Source: Octopus vulgaris
Lineage: Eukaryota
NCBI GenBank assembly: GCA_951406725.2
Contig: OX597832.1
Span: 46,500,001-46,564,000, forward strand
DNA length: 64,000 bases
Reading direction: 5' to 3'
Shown: positions 1 to 14,104 of the stretch, piece by piece
Position numbering within the stretch: the first letter of the stretch is position 1
Layout of the letters: the number at the start of each line of letters is the position of its first letter
Program-made: the position numbers and the translations under genes
Notes under the pieces: generated by a model
What the model saw: only the letters and a program-made list of their open reading frames with translations
The model's database searches: none
Told to the model about the DNA's origin: nothing

Positions 1-205
1 TATATGTATATATGTGTGTGAGTGCGTTTGAATGTGACCGCGCATCTGTAAGTTCACTTATTGTATACACGTGCATGCATACAATCATGAAGGCAAGCAC
101 ATATGCAATATATATATATATAGGTATGTGTGTATATACATACAGCACTGTATGTATAGACATAAATCTATTACTTGGTATTTATAGAGGAGTTTTGGAG
201 CTATA

Positions 206-239
<34 letters not shown>

Positions 240-384
240 AAGTATATATGCGTGTGCGTATGTGTGTGGGTGTATATATAGTGATAGTGGGGGGTAGGCT
301 GGCTAAACAATTGCAAATATAAACGAAGAAATGGAATACATTTATCAATATTATTTCATTATTCAGCCAAAATGAATGACTCAC

Positions 385-652
385 TACACCACCACCACCA
401 CCACCACCACCACCACCACCACTACTACTACTACTAATACTAACACTACTACTACTAGTACTAATACAACCACCACCATAACCACCATACCTACAGGTAG
501 CAAATATGGTAGTATTTGTAGTAGTAGTAGTAGTTGCAGTAGTAGTAGTACTTGTAGTAGTAGTAGCAGTAATAATAATAATAATAATAATAATAATGAT
601 AATAATAATAATTAATAATTTAATAATAATTTAATAATAATAATAGTAATAC

Positions 653-717
<65 letters not shown>

Positions 718-718
718 T
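385..718. repeat. compound trinucleotide microsatellite (ACC)n/(ACT)n/(AGT)n/(AAT)n
   Basis: Tracts read directly; source of the poly-T/S/N ORF 376..615. Confidence 0.95.
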
Positions 719-1282
719 TTATGTTACTAGTAGATATACGATAAAAGAAAGCTGGGCAATTGAATCAAAATTGTAAACAAAACCCTTTCAAGTTCTTTAT
801 GAGAAGTAGTTTGTAATTTTTAACGCTACGAATCTCATTTCTAAAGCAAATAACTGTTACACGTTACACTATATATTATATTATATTGTTTCGACTTTGT
901 TTATTTCACTTCGCACATCGCTTTTATGAATATTTCTTTCTCAATCACGACTATCAGTAGCAATAATTTTTTTTTTTTTTTTTTTTTTTGGCAACCCGCA
1001 TATATTATTAACATTAAATGAAGGCTTCGGGGAATTCCTCGAAGTTGACACTGGAAATCTGCCCGTCCTATGTTTGCGATTAATTAAAGCAGAATGCGCC
1101 AATATCAATGAATTATATCAATGGCCTTATTCGGGTTTTCACAAGTGAATGTTAGTGGTTGTGGTTCAAAACCGGCGCAAAAATTAATCAATATTAAGGG
1201 AAAACGTTCTGTTTTTCTCCCTGTTTTGGGTACGTCAGTTATCACTGGTGCTTACAGGCAAGTTTGATCACGATGGTCTATA

Positions 1283-1438
1283 GAAGTAGCTATGTGGTAA
1301 GTAGCTTGCTTACTAACCACATGGTGGCGGGTTCAGTCCCACTGCGTCGCACCTTGGGCAAGTGTCTTCTACTATAGCCTCGGGCCGACCAAATCCTTTT
1401 GAGTGGATTTGGTTGACAAAAACTGACAGAAGCCCGTC

Positions 1439-1484
<46 letters not shown>

Positions 1485-1701
1485 GTATGTGTATGTGTTT
1501 ATAGGTCTGTGTTTGTCCTCCCACCATCGATTGACAACCGATGCTGGTCTGTTTACGTCCCCGTAACTTAGAGGTTCGGAAAAAGAGACCGATAGAATAA
1601 GTACTAGGCTTACAAAGAATAAGTCCTGGTGTTAATTTGCTCGACTAAAGGTGGTGCTCCAGCATGGCCACAGTCAAATGACTGAAACAAGTAAAAGAGT
1701 A
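1283..1701 (+). mobile_element. SINE family A (tRNA head, CCTTGGGCAAG CORE-like block, internal (TA)n/(TG)n, 3' tail)
   Basis: A-box-like TAGCTATGTGG, B-box-like GGTTCAGTCCC; tail CATGGCCACAGTCAAATGACTGAAACAAGTAAAAGAG; more than 15 related copies in the window. Confidence 0.9.
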
Positions 1702-2444
1702 TAACAAATAGAGTATAGCGGCAGTGACAACCTATTTTTATACATTATTCTAAGAAATTTAAGGCCATATAAACTTATCTATCCCCAACGTTTATTATTG
1801 TCGTTGGGTAATGATGCATGGCACCAAAGTGAAATTGGTAACATTATAACATAAATTCGATAATTCTTAGTCAATCTAATCTTGTTTCGTTCATTTGCTG
1901 GTTTCAGCCACTAATCATAGACCATACTGAGGCACCAACGTCGGAGAAAATAGTCGGTAGCCATGATCCCTCTACTTGGAATCTAGTTCTTATATTTTAT
2001 GAATCTAAGACGTCAGTAAAGCAAAATCAACATTTTTTACTAGCAAAGTTCATATGACAAGCACAAAATTTAAAATCTACCTATTTCTCCAAAAAAAAAA
2101 AAATTATTTTATACCCTAAAGAGCTTAAGGAAGACATTGCAAGATATTATGCAGCACATAGCCATTATTCTTGGCTAAAGTGCAATTTCCTGACAAATAA
2201 GAACGACATTCTGGTTTCACTGTTTTCCCTAGGAATATTGATATAATTATAAACACTCAATAATTTTAGTAAATTCTTCCTGTTTTTCAATAAGACAAGA
2301 ATCTAAGTATCCAACAAATCTCATCGGAGAAGCAATCGATTATTTGTTAAATTACCTAACTCTTTGTTTGTTGCTTGCTTGTTTTTGTGTGCTTTTCTTT
2401 CAAAAAATTGGAGAATGTATCAATAATGTAGTCATATATACATG

Positions 2445-2495
<51 letters not shown>

Positions 2496-3912
2496 AACGA
2501 AAACATGAAAACAGAACCATGGAAACGGACATTTTTTTTAATCAACGAAAAAACAGGGCATAAAACATATAACACCATGAAACTTCCCCTTCTTCAGCCG
2601 CCTCCTTTTCGTCTACTCCGCGTTTCTCATTGCGTTCGACATTTTTGGGGTGTCCTGTACCCATATATGCATGTATATATACATATAGATGAAGGTACGT
2701 ACATATATGTATGTATATATGCATATGTTTTATTTATTATTTTGTTATTATATGAACGAACGCCACGCATCCGCTTCCATATATATATTTAGCTTTGACT
2801 GGTTTCAGCCCAGGCCTGAAGTCTGTATCAGAAAAAAAATACACGAAGTGATTACCCCTCCAATGGAGATGATCATGAATATTCTGTGTCTTCTGGATTG
2901 AGGCCGATGTAAGGATAATTTAAAATCACATATCAGCATGAGTTTCCTATACAAAGACTTACAAAATATCAGTACCTCAATATCCTGAAGATCAATGATT
3001 TGAACCTCGAATTATAATTCCATTCAGATATACAATACTTTGAGGTAATATTTTCCCCCCACTTAAAAATAGATGTTCTGTTAGGACAAACTATACTGCG
3101 ATAGTTATCATGAGATAACTCTCATGTTGGCTTTTGATGCAAAATCCACTCCTTTTTATATGGCTACTGGAGGGGGGAGAGTAAATCTATCGATATAAAC
3201 ATGAATACATTTTGCACTAAAAGCTATAATATCTACCTCAGTTTAGCTTGTTCTAGCAGATCATTCACGTTTAAGTAGAAATAATTAATAATCCCTCACT
3301 CACTTATAAATATTTTCAAACGTTTCTTTGTATTATAAACATTAAATAGCATCTAATACTTTGATGTTAATATTTCCTACCTACCGTCCCCGAAATAATT
3401 ACGGGAATGTATGAACCTGTTCAGATTTCACATCACATCAAATATAGAAATATATTTCAAGCCATATTGTCCAATGCGCTAGTTCAATATTTCTGCCAGT
3501 GCTTTATTTAATGCTATGCAATCATATTCTACCGCACTGTTCCACTTAGAAAAACAAGACTTATACATATTCGTTCCTATTGTTTTTTCTCAGTATTTGA
3601 AAACAAACATGACAGAACAAATGCATATTGTTCATTCAGATTAGATTCAGTTGCAATCATAAAAAAATCCAGAGAGTATTTGCATCGATATACTGGTAAA
3701 CAGAAAGAAAAAACAAGGTCAAAAAGAATTAATTAAGAACTCATATGTTATTGCTGACCTTAACACGGACATGTGTTATATATCCATGCATGGATCATAC
3801 ATCAGTGTAAATCAAACATTTCTTCAATAAGAACAATGTACATTTATAAGCACACACACATACATACACAAATACACATGCACAAACACAAACATGCTAG
3901 CATGTATATGTG

Positions 3913-3946
<34 letters not shown>

Positions 3947-3971
3947 ATATATATATATATATGTACATACA

Positions 3972-4033
<62 letters not shown>

Positions 4034-4487
4034 GCGAGCTAGTTATGTATATATAATATCTGTAACGAAAATCATAAACAGGCGACATGGGATCTAGGTC
4101 TAGTCGTCACGCCTGTCTATGTCTTTCATGTGTTTTAGCACCCAATGCAATGAGACAGTGGCCTTTCCGCAGTAAACCCGCAAACAAGCACACCGCAGAG
4201 CATATATATACAGTATTTGCGGTCTATATATATATATATTAGATGCTAAAATGTTTTCATTTTTTCGTTTTGTTCTTGTCGAATTTTATCCCTAATTTTG
4301 TGGTTATAGAATCTAGCTGTTTTTTCTAGCGTGTTGAATCCCATGAGTGGATTCCTTATGTGTTTAAATGTACACTGTATTTTGTGAGTACTACATAGTC
4401 TTTGGACTAAATTTTTATACTTTAGGCCACTGGAAATGAAAATTTCTATTAATTTCCATTTCCACTTGATATTAAATATATATATAC

Positions 4488-4665
<178 letters not shown>

Positions 4666-5062
4666 ACAAACAGACAGAAAGACAAACAGACAGACAGAGC
4701 CTGAGACAAAGAGAGAGGGAGAGAAAGAGAGTTGGAAACAACCTTCTTGTACAGATGCAGGCCATTGAAAACTCCGAATACTGGAGGCAAATTCTTTTCT
4801 GGGGTCACTAGCAGAGAATACCTTCAGGCCCTTCCTCTCAGGCGATATGAAGCCCCCAGACTGAGTTGTAACTAACTAGTATTCGACCTCCAGTGCCAAG
4901 AAGCACTTACATTGGTAGAAACAAGAGGAGATAACCGCTATACAACGGTAGATAAATAGAGAGACAGGCAGAGATTAAGACAGAGGGCGGGACAGAGATA
5001 GACTAAGACTTATTTATGTGTGCGTGCGTGCACATATATATGTATGTATCTATGTGTATATA

Positions 5063-5200
5063 TAGGGAGAGTTTACGAAAAAAACAAAAGACGAAGAGAG
5101 GTGGTGTACAAAACAAATAGATGTATTAGTATAACGCTCAGGAATAGAAAAAGTCTTTTACATTTCGAGCCTACGCTCTTCTACAGAAAGGGACACACAT
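5063..5200 (-). mobile_element. Penelope-like pLTR fragment, family P1
   Basis: Near-identical to 10768-10960 and 17912-18150; abuts TA repeat; carries minimal HHR-like motif. Confidence 0.65.
5155..5190 (-). ncRNA. minimal hammerhead-like motif, variant core
   Basis: Minus strand: CUUU CUGUAGA A GAGC guag GCUC GAAAU GU A AAAG. Confidence 0.5.
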
Positions 5201-5979
5201 GTGTATATACAGCTAGGTAGATAGTTATAAGTGGGGAGATAGAGATAGAGAGTGTGAGATTGAGAGAAAGAGAGTGAAGTGGAGATTCAGCGTAGGCTCA
5301 ATAAAAGTTATAGTGATGTGATGTTATTTCATACTACATTTGCAGTGAATCCTTGATGAGAAACATACATGTGAATTGCGGTTTATATCCATCAATAGCA
5401 GAGCGAGGATGCTTGTACGAAAAGGAGAAAAATCACAAAAGCGTAAGTTCTATGTATTTGAAAAATAAGAAATGAAAACGCTAACGTTTTTAAATGGTAA
5501 CTTGAAACTAGAACTAAATATCGGGTATTTTATTGTGATGGATGCGATCTTATCAGTGAAACGTGATACTCATGGTAATTATAATACCGTTGATTGAAAA
5601 GTCAAATAATTAGTTAATGAATTCTTTTCTGCGTCCTCTTTGAAACTTATGTTTGAAAGGTTTTACGATCTGCCATCTATCTATTTGTGTATGTGTGTGT
5701 ATGCGTATGTGAATGTGTGTGTTTGTGTGTGCGTACGTATGTGAATGTGTGTGTCTGTGTGCGTATGTGTGTGAATCCAGACACACACGCGCGTATCGAT
5801 CTATCTCTCTATGGAACTATCTATATCTCTATCTTACCTATCTATCTAATCTAATCGAATGGCTCCCTCTCCCAAAATGTCGGTCCTTGTGCCTTGAGCA
5901 GAAAAGAATTATATATGTATGTGTGTACATATATACTATGTGTGGTAGTGGGTATATATTTACTTACATACGTAACCTG

Positions 5980-6046
<67 letters not shown>

Positions 6047-6051
<5 letters not shown>

Positions 6052-6285
6052 ATAACTCCAAACTTACAGGGAAAAATTCAACTTAGTAATAATTGAAATT
6101 TCACAATATAAATATATAATAATATAATTTAGAGAAAAACCACTATTATGCAATTCAAAGAATGATAGGCATAAACCAAATCATAAAAAAGAATAAAATA
6201 TATTTTTAAGCATAACTAGATCACAAAAAGTACAAAAAGGAAGAAACAATATATCATAAGTAAAAAGACTACGTACGTTTCATGG

Positions 6286-6287
<2 letters not shown>
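6047..6287 (-). mobile_element. AT-rich Penelope-like terminal fragment ending in the 3' half of an HHR
   Basis: Related segments at 44240-44590 and 51575-51700; minus strand GAAAC GUAC GUA at ~6270-6281, cut off by (TA)n. Confidence 0.45.
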
Positions 6288-6340
<53 letters not shown>

Positions 6341-7367
6341 AAAATGGGACAAGAACTTAAAACATCCAGAAGACGATACAAAAAACACGGACGGGTCATT
6401 CGAAGCCTTCAACCGTCAGTCAAGAACCGGATCATCCTCACAATTTCGGCTGATTAATCTTGAGATTGCTCCAATCCAGCCATTCCCAAGGAAAAACTAA
6501 GCTAAGCGCATTAGATTCCTAGGAAAAAAGCTTCGAATGTATACGAAACAAGGACGGAAAAACGGACGATGATACACGAATATGAATTCAAAAGTAATAC
6601 GAAAAAAAACAACAACAACAACAATAATAATAATAATAATAATAACAATAACAGGACGTCACAACAGGCGTCTTTCGGTTTAGATGAATTGAACTCAGCT
6701 GGCGTGTTAGGAGTGTGCCTTGGGGAAGAGAAAAAATGTTGATGTTACCACGACCGCTGCCAGACCCAAAAGGCCAGTCGGTCACGTGTGAAGAGAATAT
6801 ATATATATAGCTTGTATATTATGTTATGTAAAAATATACGTATATATGCATACACCCGCTCAAACAAATAAAAACAAACCAAACACGTAATAATGTAGCA
6901 CAGATATATGCCAGTATCCCACCCGATCTGGCACAATTCTCTCGCCTGTTGCACAGGTTGCCATCACTCTCTGCGCCATCTGTTTTTTATTGTGTATTTA
7001 GAGAAAATACTATCCCTAATAATAGCCAAACCTATTTCATTATGTATACTTAGCATTTAGTCATGCTACCAGAACATCTGTGTTATGGTTACATCAGGAA
7101 GCAAGTCCTTAAGCATTCAAAACAAAACGTAATAAACGGTTTATTTTTAACCGGAGGTGATATTTCGTTAGTGTGTTAAGTATCTTATCTTTTATGCGTT
7201 TCAGTTGTTGGATTGCGACCACTCTGCTACACGATAATATGGTGCCTGTGGGTTCGTACAGGATCCCTTTGCTACAATTTATCTACAGCAAATTGCTTAT
7301 AATTCCACAGTACACAAAATATTTTATTCAATCTGTTCTACAATTCATAATGATATTTTATTATTTT

Positions 7368-7588
7368 ACTCTTTTACTTATTTCGGTCATTTGACTGCGG
7401 CTATAATGGAGCATCGCCTTGAAATGCTTCTGTACTTATCCTGCCTGTCTCTTTGTACTTGTTCTCTCGGTGTCTTAGCCGAACCGCTAAGTTATGAGAT
7501 CGTAAACACACCAAAACTGATTGTCAAGCGAGGGTGGGAGGACAAACACATACACGAAAACACTCAATCAGTCACCCACCCACCCACT

Positions 7589-7632
<44 letters not shown>

Positions 7633-7796
7633 CAAAAGCCTTCTTTCAGTTTCCGTCTACCAAATCCAATTACGAGGCTTTGGTCGGCTCATGGCTTTAG
7701 TAGAAAATACTTGCCCAAAGTTTCATGCAGTAAAACTAAACCCAGGAGCGTGTGGCTCTTAAGCAAGTCTCTTACCACACAGTCATTCCTGTACCT
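7368..7796 (-). mobile_element. SINE family A, diverged
   Basis: Reverse complement of the family A body. Confidence 0.85.
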
Positions 7797-8117
7797 CTGA
7801 TTATTTAATTATAAAATTACTGAAGGATATTTTTCAATAGACATCAGATGGCTATGGCCGTCCAGTCGAGTAAAAGAGGAATGAGAGAGGTCCATAGACA
7901 AGAAATGGTTCAGAACCACTGATATAGCAGAAAAAATTGACCACGAAACACGATTTATTATTTCTTTTTTTTTTTTATATTTGTAAATATTCTTTATGTC
8001 TTTTTTGCCGAACTGATAAGCTACGGGGACGCAATCAAACCAAAATCTGCCGTGGAGTAGAAGGGAGAAAGAAATATTCCTACACACACTACAAGCACAC
8101 ATACATGTACACACAGT

Positions 8118-8154
<37 letters not shown>

Positions 8155-8192
8155 TAATAATATATGCATATATATATATACATATGTGTGTA

Positions 8193-8281
<89 letters not shown>

Positions 8282-8287
8282 CTATTA

Positions 8288-9332
8288 TATTGGGTCATCC
8301 CATAGATAATGTGTTTTTTTCAATTGCATCATCTAAAATCGGAGGGTACGGGATAAACTACCTGCATAAGCTTGCTATGACTTCAGGTAGTAATTTTACC
8401 TTGTCCTTATTCTTAGTGCAAGTTTGGAAGAGTGCAGTTCTATTTTTAACAGTTAATTTTTCAAAGCTATAATGTAAATGACAAAGGAACATATTCGGCA
8501 TAGTTTTGTTTTATGAGTTCAATATAGGCAAGTACGCAACGGAAAGTGTGAGAAATATTAATGCAATTTCAACGGCGGTCCCAGAAATTCTGAACTGGAA
8601 ACTACAGCCTAGAAGACGATTCTCGTCCTGAAACATCTGTAGAACTCGACGAGGACGTCCTGCAAACCCTAGTGGAACAAAATCCCATCGTAACTTTTGA
8701 GGAACTAGCAGAGAAGCTTGGATTTGGTCATTCAACGTTTTATCGATACCTGCGTGCCATCGGAAAAGTCAGCAAATTGGGTCAATGGGTTCCTCACAAA
8801 CTTTCCAAGTCTAATCGCGTGGAGAGTGTGAATGTGTGCTCTTCGTTGCTGTCCGAATGGTAACTGGTGACGAGAAATGGGTTCTCCATAAGAATGTCAA
8901 GCACTGAAGACATTGGGTAGGGAAGGAATAAACACTGACACCTCAGGTTAAAAATGGCATTTACCCACGTAATGTGTTGTTTTCTGGTTGGTGGTATATG
9001 AAAGGTTTAGTCCACTTTGAACTTTTAAACTCAAACCAAACAATAACAAAGGCGATCTATTGCGATCAGCTTGAACGGCTTAAGTCAGCGCTAGAAGAAA
9101 AACGACCATCTTTGTTTGCAAGACAAAAGGTTGTCTTCCATCAGAATAACGCTCGGCCACATACAGCGAAGATGGAATTCCAAAGGCTGGAGCTGTTAGG
9201 ATGGAAAAGGATGCCCCACCCACCATATTCGTCGGACATTGTCCCATCTGAATATCGTTTATCCCGGTTTTCAAAATCATTTGAACAGACAAAATATGAA
9301 TTCTGTAGAAGAGGTCAGAAGTGTACTGGAGG
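8288..9332 (+). pseudogene. mariner transposon fossil (5' TIR + frameshifted transposase, 3' truncated)
   Basis: TA+TTGGGTCATCCCATA terminus; WVPHKL, TGDEKW, HQNNARPH (D>N), HPPYSSDIVPSEY (D>E) in broken frames, ORFs 8672..8863 and 8974..9432. Confidence 0.93.
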
Positions 9333-10322
9333 AAATCAATTGCCAAAAGTGCAGTGCAGTGGAATTGAACCCGAAACCAAGCCGTTGCTAAGTGATATTC
9401 TTAGCCGAACATCCATACCTGATCTTATATAATAAAATTCAGATCATTTTATTAATGAGTTAAAACACCTTTGTAACACAAACAAAAAGTTACATTTTGA
9501 CTAGAGTTGCAATAAATAATGAATAAATTAATTAATATACGAATAAATAATGAGCATCATATCCTCTGGGTGTACACTCTTCATTCTGTTTCATTAAAGC
9601 GCAAATCGAGGAAAGTGGGAAATATTAAGAAATTCAGCATCTAATATCTGGGTGTAAAAAGATTTTGCGATATTTTCATTGTTCCAATTCTCATAGGATT
9701 TTTATATTTTTATAATGAATTCTTTGGTAATTCTTCGATAAGAGACTTCTATCCCAATTCTACCTCATACCTGCTTAGATCAAGGTTGGCCAGATTATTT
9801 AGTGAAATGTTTTTGCTGAATATAAATTGCCGACGTCCTTTGCACATCAAACACCTAGCAAAATCTATCGCTTATGAGCTGAGCTTGACTTTTATCAGTC
9901 AAGCATTTAAAATCTTCAGACTCAGCTTCATTGCAAAGTGTCGACGTAATCCACAACCATGAATATATTTTAAGAAATTTAAGCAGACATATCGAAAGCC
10001 TGTAATTATATTTATGAGGCAAATCCTCACATTTCATCCAGTGCTTCAGCAATTTGAATTTCGTTAGATCTAACTAAAGCAGCACTTAGACGAAGGGAAA
10101 GCAGGACATGCCATGGTTTTCATGCGGGGATTCTAAAAGCAGAGATCATCAAATCTTTGTCTATTGACGATATGACCTTCTGGTTCCATTCAATATTCTA
10201 AATAAACAATCTCTGCTCATCGCAGACTATTGACTAAATAACAGTACTGTAATAAATCTGTGAAGATCGCTACGTATGCCCACATCATGTAATTAGAATG
10301 ACCTTTATGGCGATGATAGGTT

Positions 10323-10733
10323 TAGGCGCAGGAGTTGCTGTGTGGTAAGTAGCTTGCTTACCAACCACATGGTTCTGGGTTCAGTCCCACTGCGTGGCAC
10401 CTTACGCAAGTGTGTCTTCTATTATAGCCTCGGGTCGACCAAAGCCTTGTGAGTGGATTTGGTAGACGGAAACTGAATGAAGCCCGTCGTATATATATAT
10501 ATATATATATACCTGTATATGTTTGTGTGTCTGTGGTTGCTCCCCCCGCCCAAAATTGGTTGACAACCGATGCTGATGTGTTTACGTCCCCGTCCATTAG
10601 CGATTCGGCAAGAGAGACCGCTAGAATAAGTACCAGATTTACAAAGAATAAGTCCTGGATTCGATTTGCTCGACTATCGGCGGTGCTCCAGCATGACCGT
10701 AGTCAAATGCCTGAAACAGATAAAACAATAAAA

Positions 10734-10736
<3 letters not shown>
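10323..10736 (+). mobile_element. SINE family A
   Basis: Head AGGCGCAGGAGTTGCTGTGTGG through tail. Confidence 0.9.
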
Positions 10737-10767
<31 letters not shown>

Positions 10768-10771
<4 letters not shown>

Positions 10772-10960
10772 AGAGTTAACGAAAAAAACAAAAGACGAAG
10801 ACTGGTGGTGTATAAAACAAACAGATGTATTAGTATAACGCTCAGGAATAGAAAAAGTCCTTTTACGTTTCGAGCCTACGCTCTTCTACTGAAAGGGACA
10901 CAGAAAAAAAACAAGGAGAGAAAAAAATGTGTGTAGTGGCTAACGATCTAACATGGCGAC
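10768..10960 (-). mobile_element. Penelope-like pLTR fragment, family P1 (HHR-like motif 10859-10896)
   Basis: Between (TA)n arrays; minus strand CCUUU CAGUAGA A GAGC guag GCUC GAAAC GU A AAAGG. Confidence 0.65.
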
Positions 10961-10967
10961 TGACTTC

Positions 10968-11014
<47 letters not shown>

Positions 11015-11379
11015 TGTACATATATATACATATCTTATTTTAAACAAAGTCTCTGCTTTTTATTTTTAAATTGTAACGACACACTTTTTCTTAGATTCAA
11101 GGATTTAAATAATCACATACATTGATGAAACAGTTATTCCTTAAACATAAATCTATTTAAATTTGGATGAAATCCAGTTGCTTGGAATGGCATATTTTAA
11201 CTCATCGGAAAAGGTACTGCTTCTTATGTTTGTTGTTAAATCACGATTCTCTGAATTAGGCAGATATGTCGCATCCATCCTCTCCCAAGATAATAGCTTC
11301 ATTCGCCTCTTTCTCTTCTTATAATTGTATTTTCTTTCTGACGTCGTAAATCTCATATTAATAAATTACACCAAAAGAA

Positions 11380-11805
11380 GGCAGCGAGCTGGCAGTAGCG
11401 TTAGCACGCCAGGCAAAATATTTAGCAGTATTTCGTCTGTTTTTACGTTCTGAGTTCAAATTCCGCCGAGGTCGACTTTGCCTTTCATCGTTTCGGGGTT
11501 GATAAATTAAGTACCAGTTGCGTACCGCTGTCGATCAAATCGATGGCTCCCTTCCCCAAAATTTCTGTTCTTGTGCCAAGAGTAGAAAAGAATAAAGTAC
11601 ACTAAGAGCTAAGGCAACAAGCTGACAGAATCGTTACTGCGCCGGGGTAAAATGCTTCGCTGTATTTCATCCTCTTTCACTCCCCGAGTTCAAATTCGGC
11701 CGAGGTCGACTTTGCTACAAGAGATCGATGAAATGAATATACTGGGGTGAATATAATCAACTTACCCCTCCTACATATTTACTGGCGTTGAACCAAAATT
11801 TGAAA
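11380..11805 (+). mobile_element. two SINE family B monomers (tRNA head + Deu/Nin-like domain)
   Basis: GGC(A/G)GCGAGCTGGCAG head, GAGTTCAAATTC B-box, GCCTTTCATC..GGGGT(C/T)GATAAATTAAGTACCAG domain. Confidence 0.85.
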
Positions 11806-12850
11806 TTGACAAATTATACTAATTGCTCAGGCGGTGAGCTGACAGAATCTTTCCGGCGTCAAGTTGTCTTGCAAACAACTTGCACATGCAAGGGCTACCA
11901 GTCAAAAACTCCGCATACGGGAAGCCAGCAAGTGAATGAGGTCATCAGGAGCCGTTTCGGAGCCTACTTCTTGACGGCATCAATGCGCACCGCCCCCTCC
12001 CCTTGCCCCTCACTGATATGAGGCCCCGCTTGCTAGATCAGCTGGTTATCAAATAAAGTTCAATATTCTTCTAGCCATCGCTCAGTGTCTCTTTTTAACC
12101 AAATTCAGTGACTAGCCTGGAGTTTAGCAGCATTTCGTCCGCCTTTGCGTTCTGAGCTCAAGTTTCACCGAAGACCACTTTACCTTGCGTATTTTTAAGA
12201 ACGATAAAATAAATGCCATTCAAACTCTGGGGGTCGATGTAATCGATTTCGTCACCTCTGAAAATTGCTGATTTTATACCAAAATAAGAAAAGAGTAAAT
12301 TATAGTAAGATCCACTCTGTACGGGTTTAACCTCAAGAAATGTCACACATGACCTTCAGTGTGTCTTCCGCTATTTCTTTGCGAAAGTTCCAAAATGAAA
12401 TGCGATACCATAATTCTAGGAAAAGAACTAGATGTGACTTGGTGCTAGCTGTCTCCCTAAATAATAAAAAAGCAGCTGCATACAATTCACGTGCATTTCT
12501 TTATCATTGAAGGCATATATATGAGAAGATGTCACGTACTTCAATATTGCACATTTAAGTAGAATGCTAATATTCAATATTAAAGTTGTATTGTGATTTC
12601 GTGACTAGATGACACGAGGATTTCTGAATAAATTTGATATCAATCAACATTTCGTTTCTATTTGCATTTACGATGACATGAATCTCAACCAACGATTTCG
12701 GCAATATCTCCTATTATAGTGCAAAATATAATAGGAGTCAGCAAAATTGATGAACAAACACAATAATATATATGTATAGGCAATGTATCAATTAGTGAAT
12801 AGACTCCTCCAAAAAAAACTACTGTAATATAACTATATAAGTAATGCAAA

Positions 12851-13398
12851 TAGGTGCAGGTATGGCTGTGTGGTAAAGCAGCTCGTTTAGAAAAATGTCA
12901 TATCAGGTTCAAGTCGTCTGTACGGACCTTTGGTCAAGTGTCCTCGCCTAGTGAGAGAAATTGGTAAACAGAAACAGTATGGAGGCCTGTTGCACACACA
13001 CAAAACACGCACGCATATATGTGTGTTTATGTGCATTTTTTCTGTTGGTTTGCTTACGTCACCGTGAACTAATTGGTCGGCAAATGAGATCGACATGTTG
13101 CATGCAAGTTTTAACACCATAACTACTGGGTGAGATCTGTTCAACTGCATCCTTCCAGAAGATCCCATAACAAGGCCTTAGTCAAGTGAGTGAAATATGT
13201 AAAAGATAAAATAATCAAAAATATCCCCTGTTGCTACCAAATCCACTCACAAGGATTTGTTCGGCCCAAATGATAAAGAAATGCATGTGAATTGTATCGC
13301 AGAAGACACTTGCCCAAGGCACCATGCAGTGGGACTGAGCCTGGAACCATGTGGTTGGTAAGCAAGCTACTTACCACACAGCCACTCCTACGCCAATA
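12851..13398. mobile_element. degenerate family A SINE (+) followed by a family A 5' half (-)
   Basis: Head at 12851 and inverted head ending ~13398. Confidence 0.75.
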
Positions 13399-14104
13399 GG
13401 TTCAAGAATAATATATATCTACCATATCTACCGTATATGTATCAACCATGTCTAACATATAAGAATAACATCTACCATGTAAGTTTAAAGAACAATATAT
13501 TATATTATAAATAACTGCCTTATATCTTATAATATTTTTAACACCATAGATGACAATAGAAATTTCTGTATTGAAACTAACAGGTACTAAAAACTCTTTA
13601 CAACAAAAATCCTACTGAAACTTATGAGCGAGAAAATAATCAAATGTTATGTTATATACCAATGATATTGTCGTCGACCGCTACTCAAATAAGTAAACAC
13701 AGTAAAAATCAACATGGAAGAATATAGCACTACAGAAGAAAAGAACCAAGAAGAGGGATTTAAATAAATGAGATAATATACATTTTATTATAAGGAGTAA
13801 CAGAAAAGTTTAAAAAAAGAAAGACACGAAATAGGTTTTTAAGCGGGTAACAAAAGGAATCTACTATGAATTAAATGGAAATAAAATATCTATAGAAAAC
13901 CGGATTTGACTTAAAGAGAAATAAGTACAACAAAGGAAAGAGACTAAGTGTTATCATTATAAAGAAGATGATTGGGCCTCCACTGTAAGTAGCTGTGTTT
14001 CTTTTTAAACACCATTAGTTATATTTTTCGCTATTATTGTATTGCAATATTGTACGGTATAAGTCTATTTAGAACACCTGTTGCTCTTCAGAATCACTGT
14101 AGCA

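Noticed and set aside
2520-2630. Minus-strand GAAAC GCGGA GUA .. GGCGG CUGAAGA, possible permuted HHR
   Set aside because: Could not pair stem I or stem II in either topology; probably a decayed PLE end
6340-6790. Structured repeat with GGCUG..CAGCC GAAA and GAAAGACG..CGUC on the minus strand
   Set aside because: No CUGANGA-like core or valid NUH site; left as an unclassified repeat
9855-10052. Non-repetitive 65-aa ORF
   Set aside because: No recognisable motif or splice context; length expected by chance
11153-11356. 67-aa basic ORF (KKRKRR)
   Set aside because: No homology recognised; purine-rich composition explains it
11940-11980. Minus-strand CC GAAAC GGCUC CUGAUGA
   Set aside because: Core elements adjacent with no room for stem I and no stem II partner
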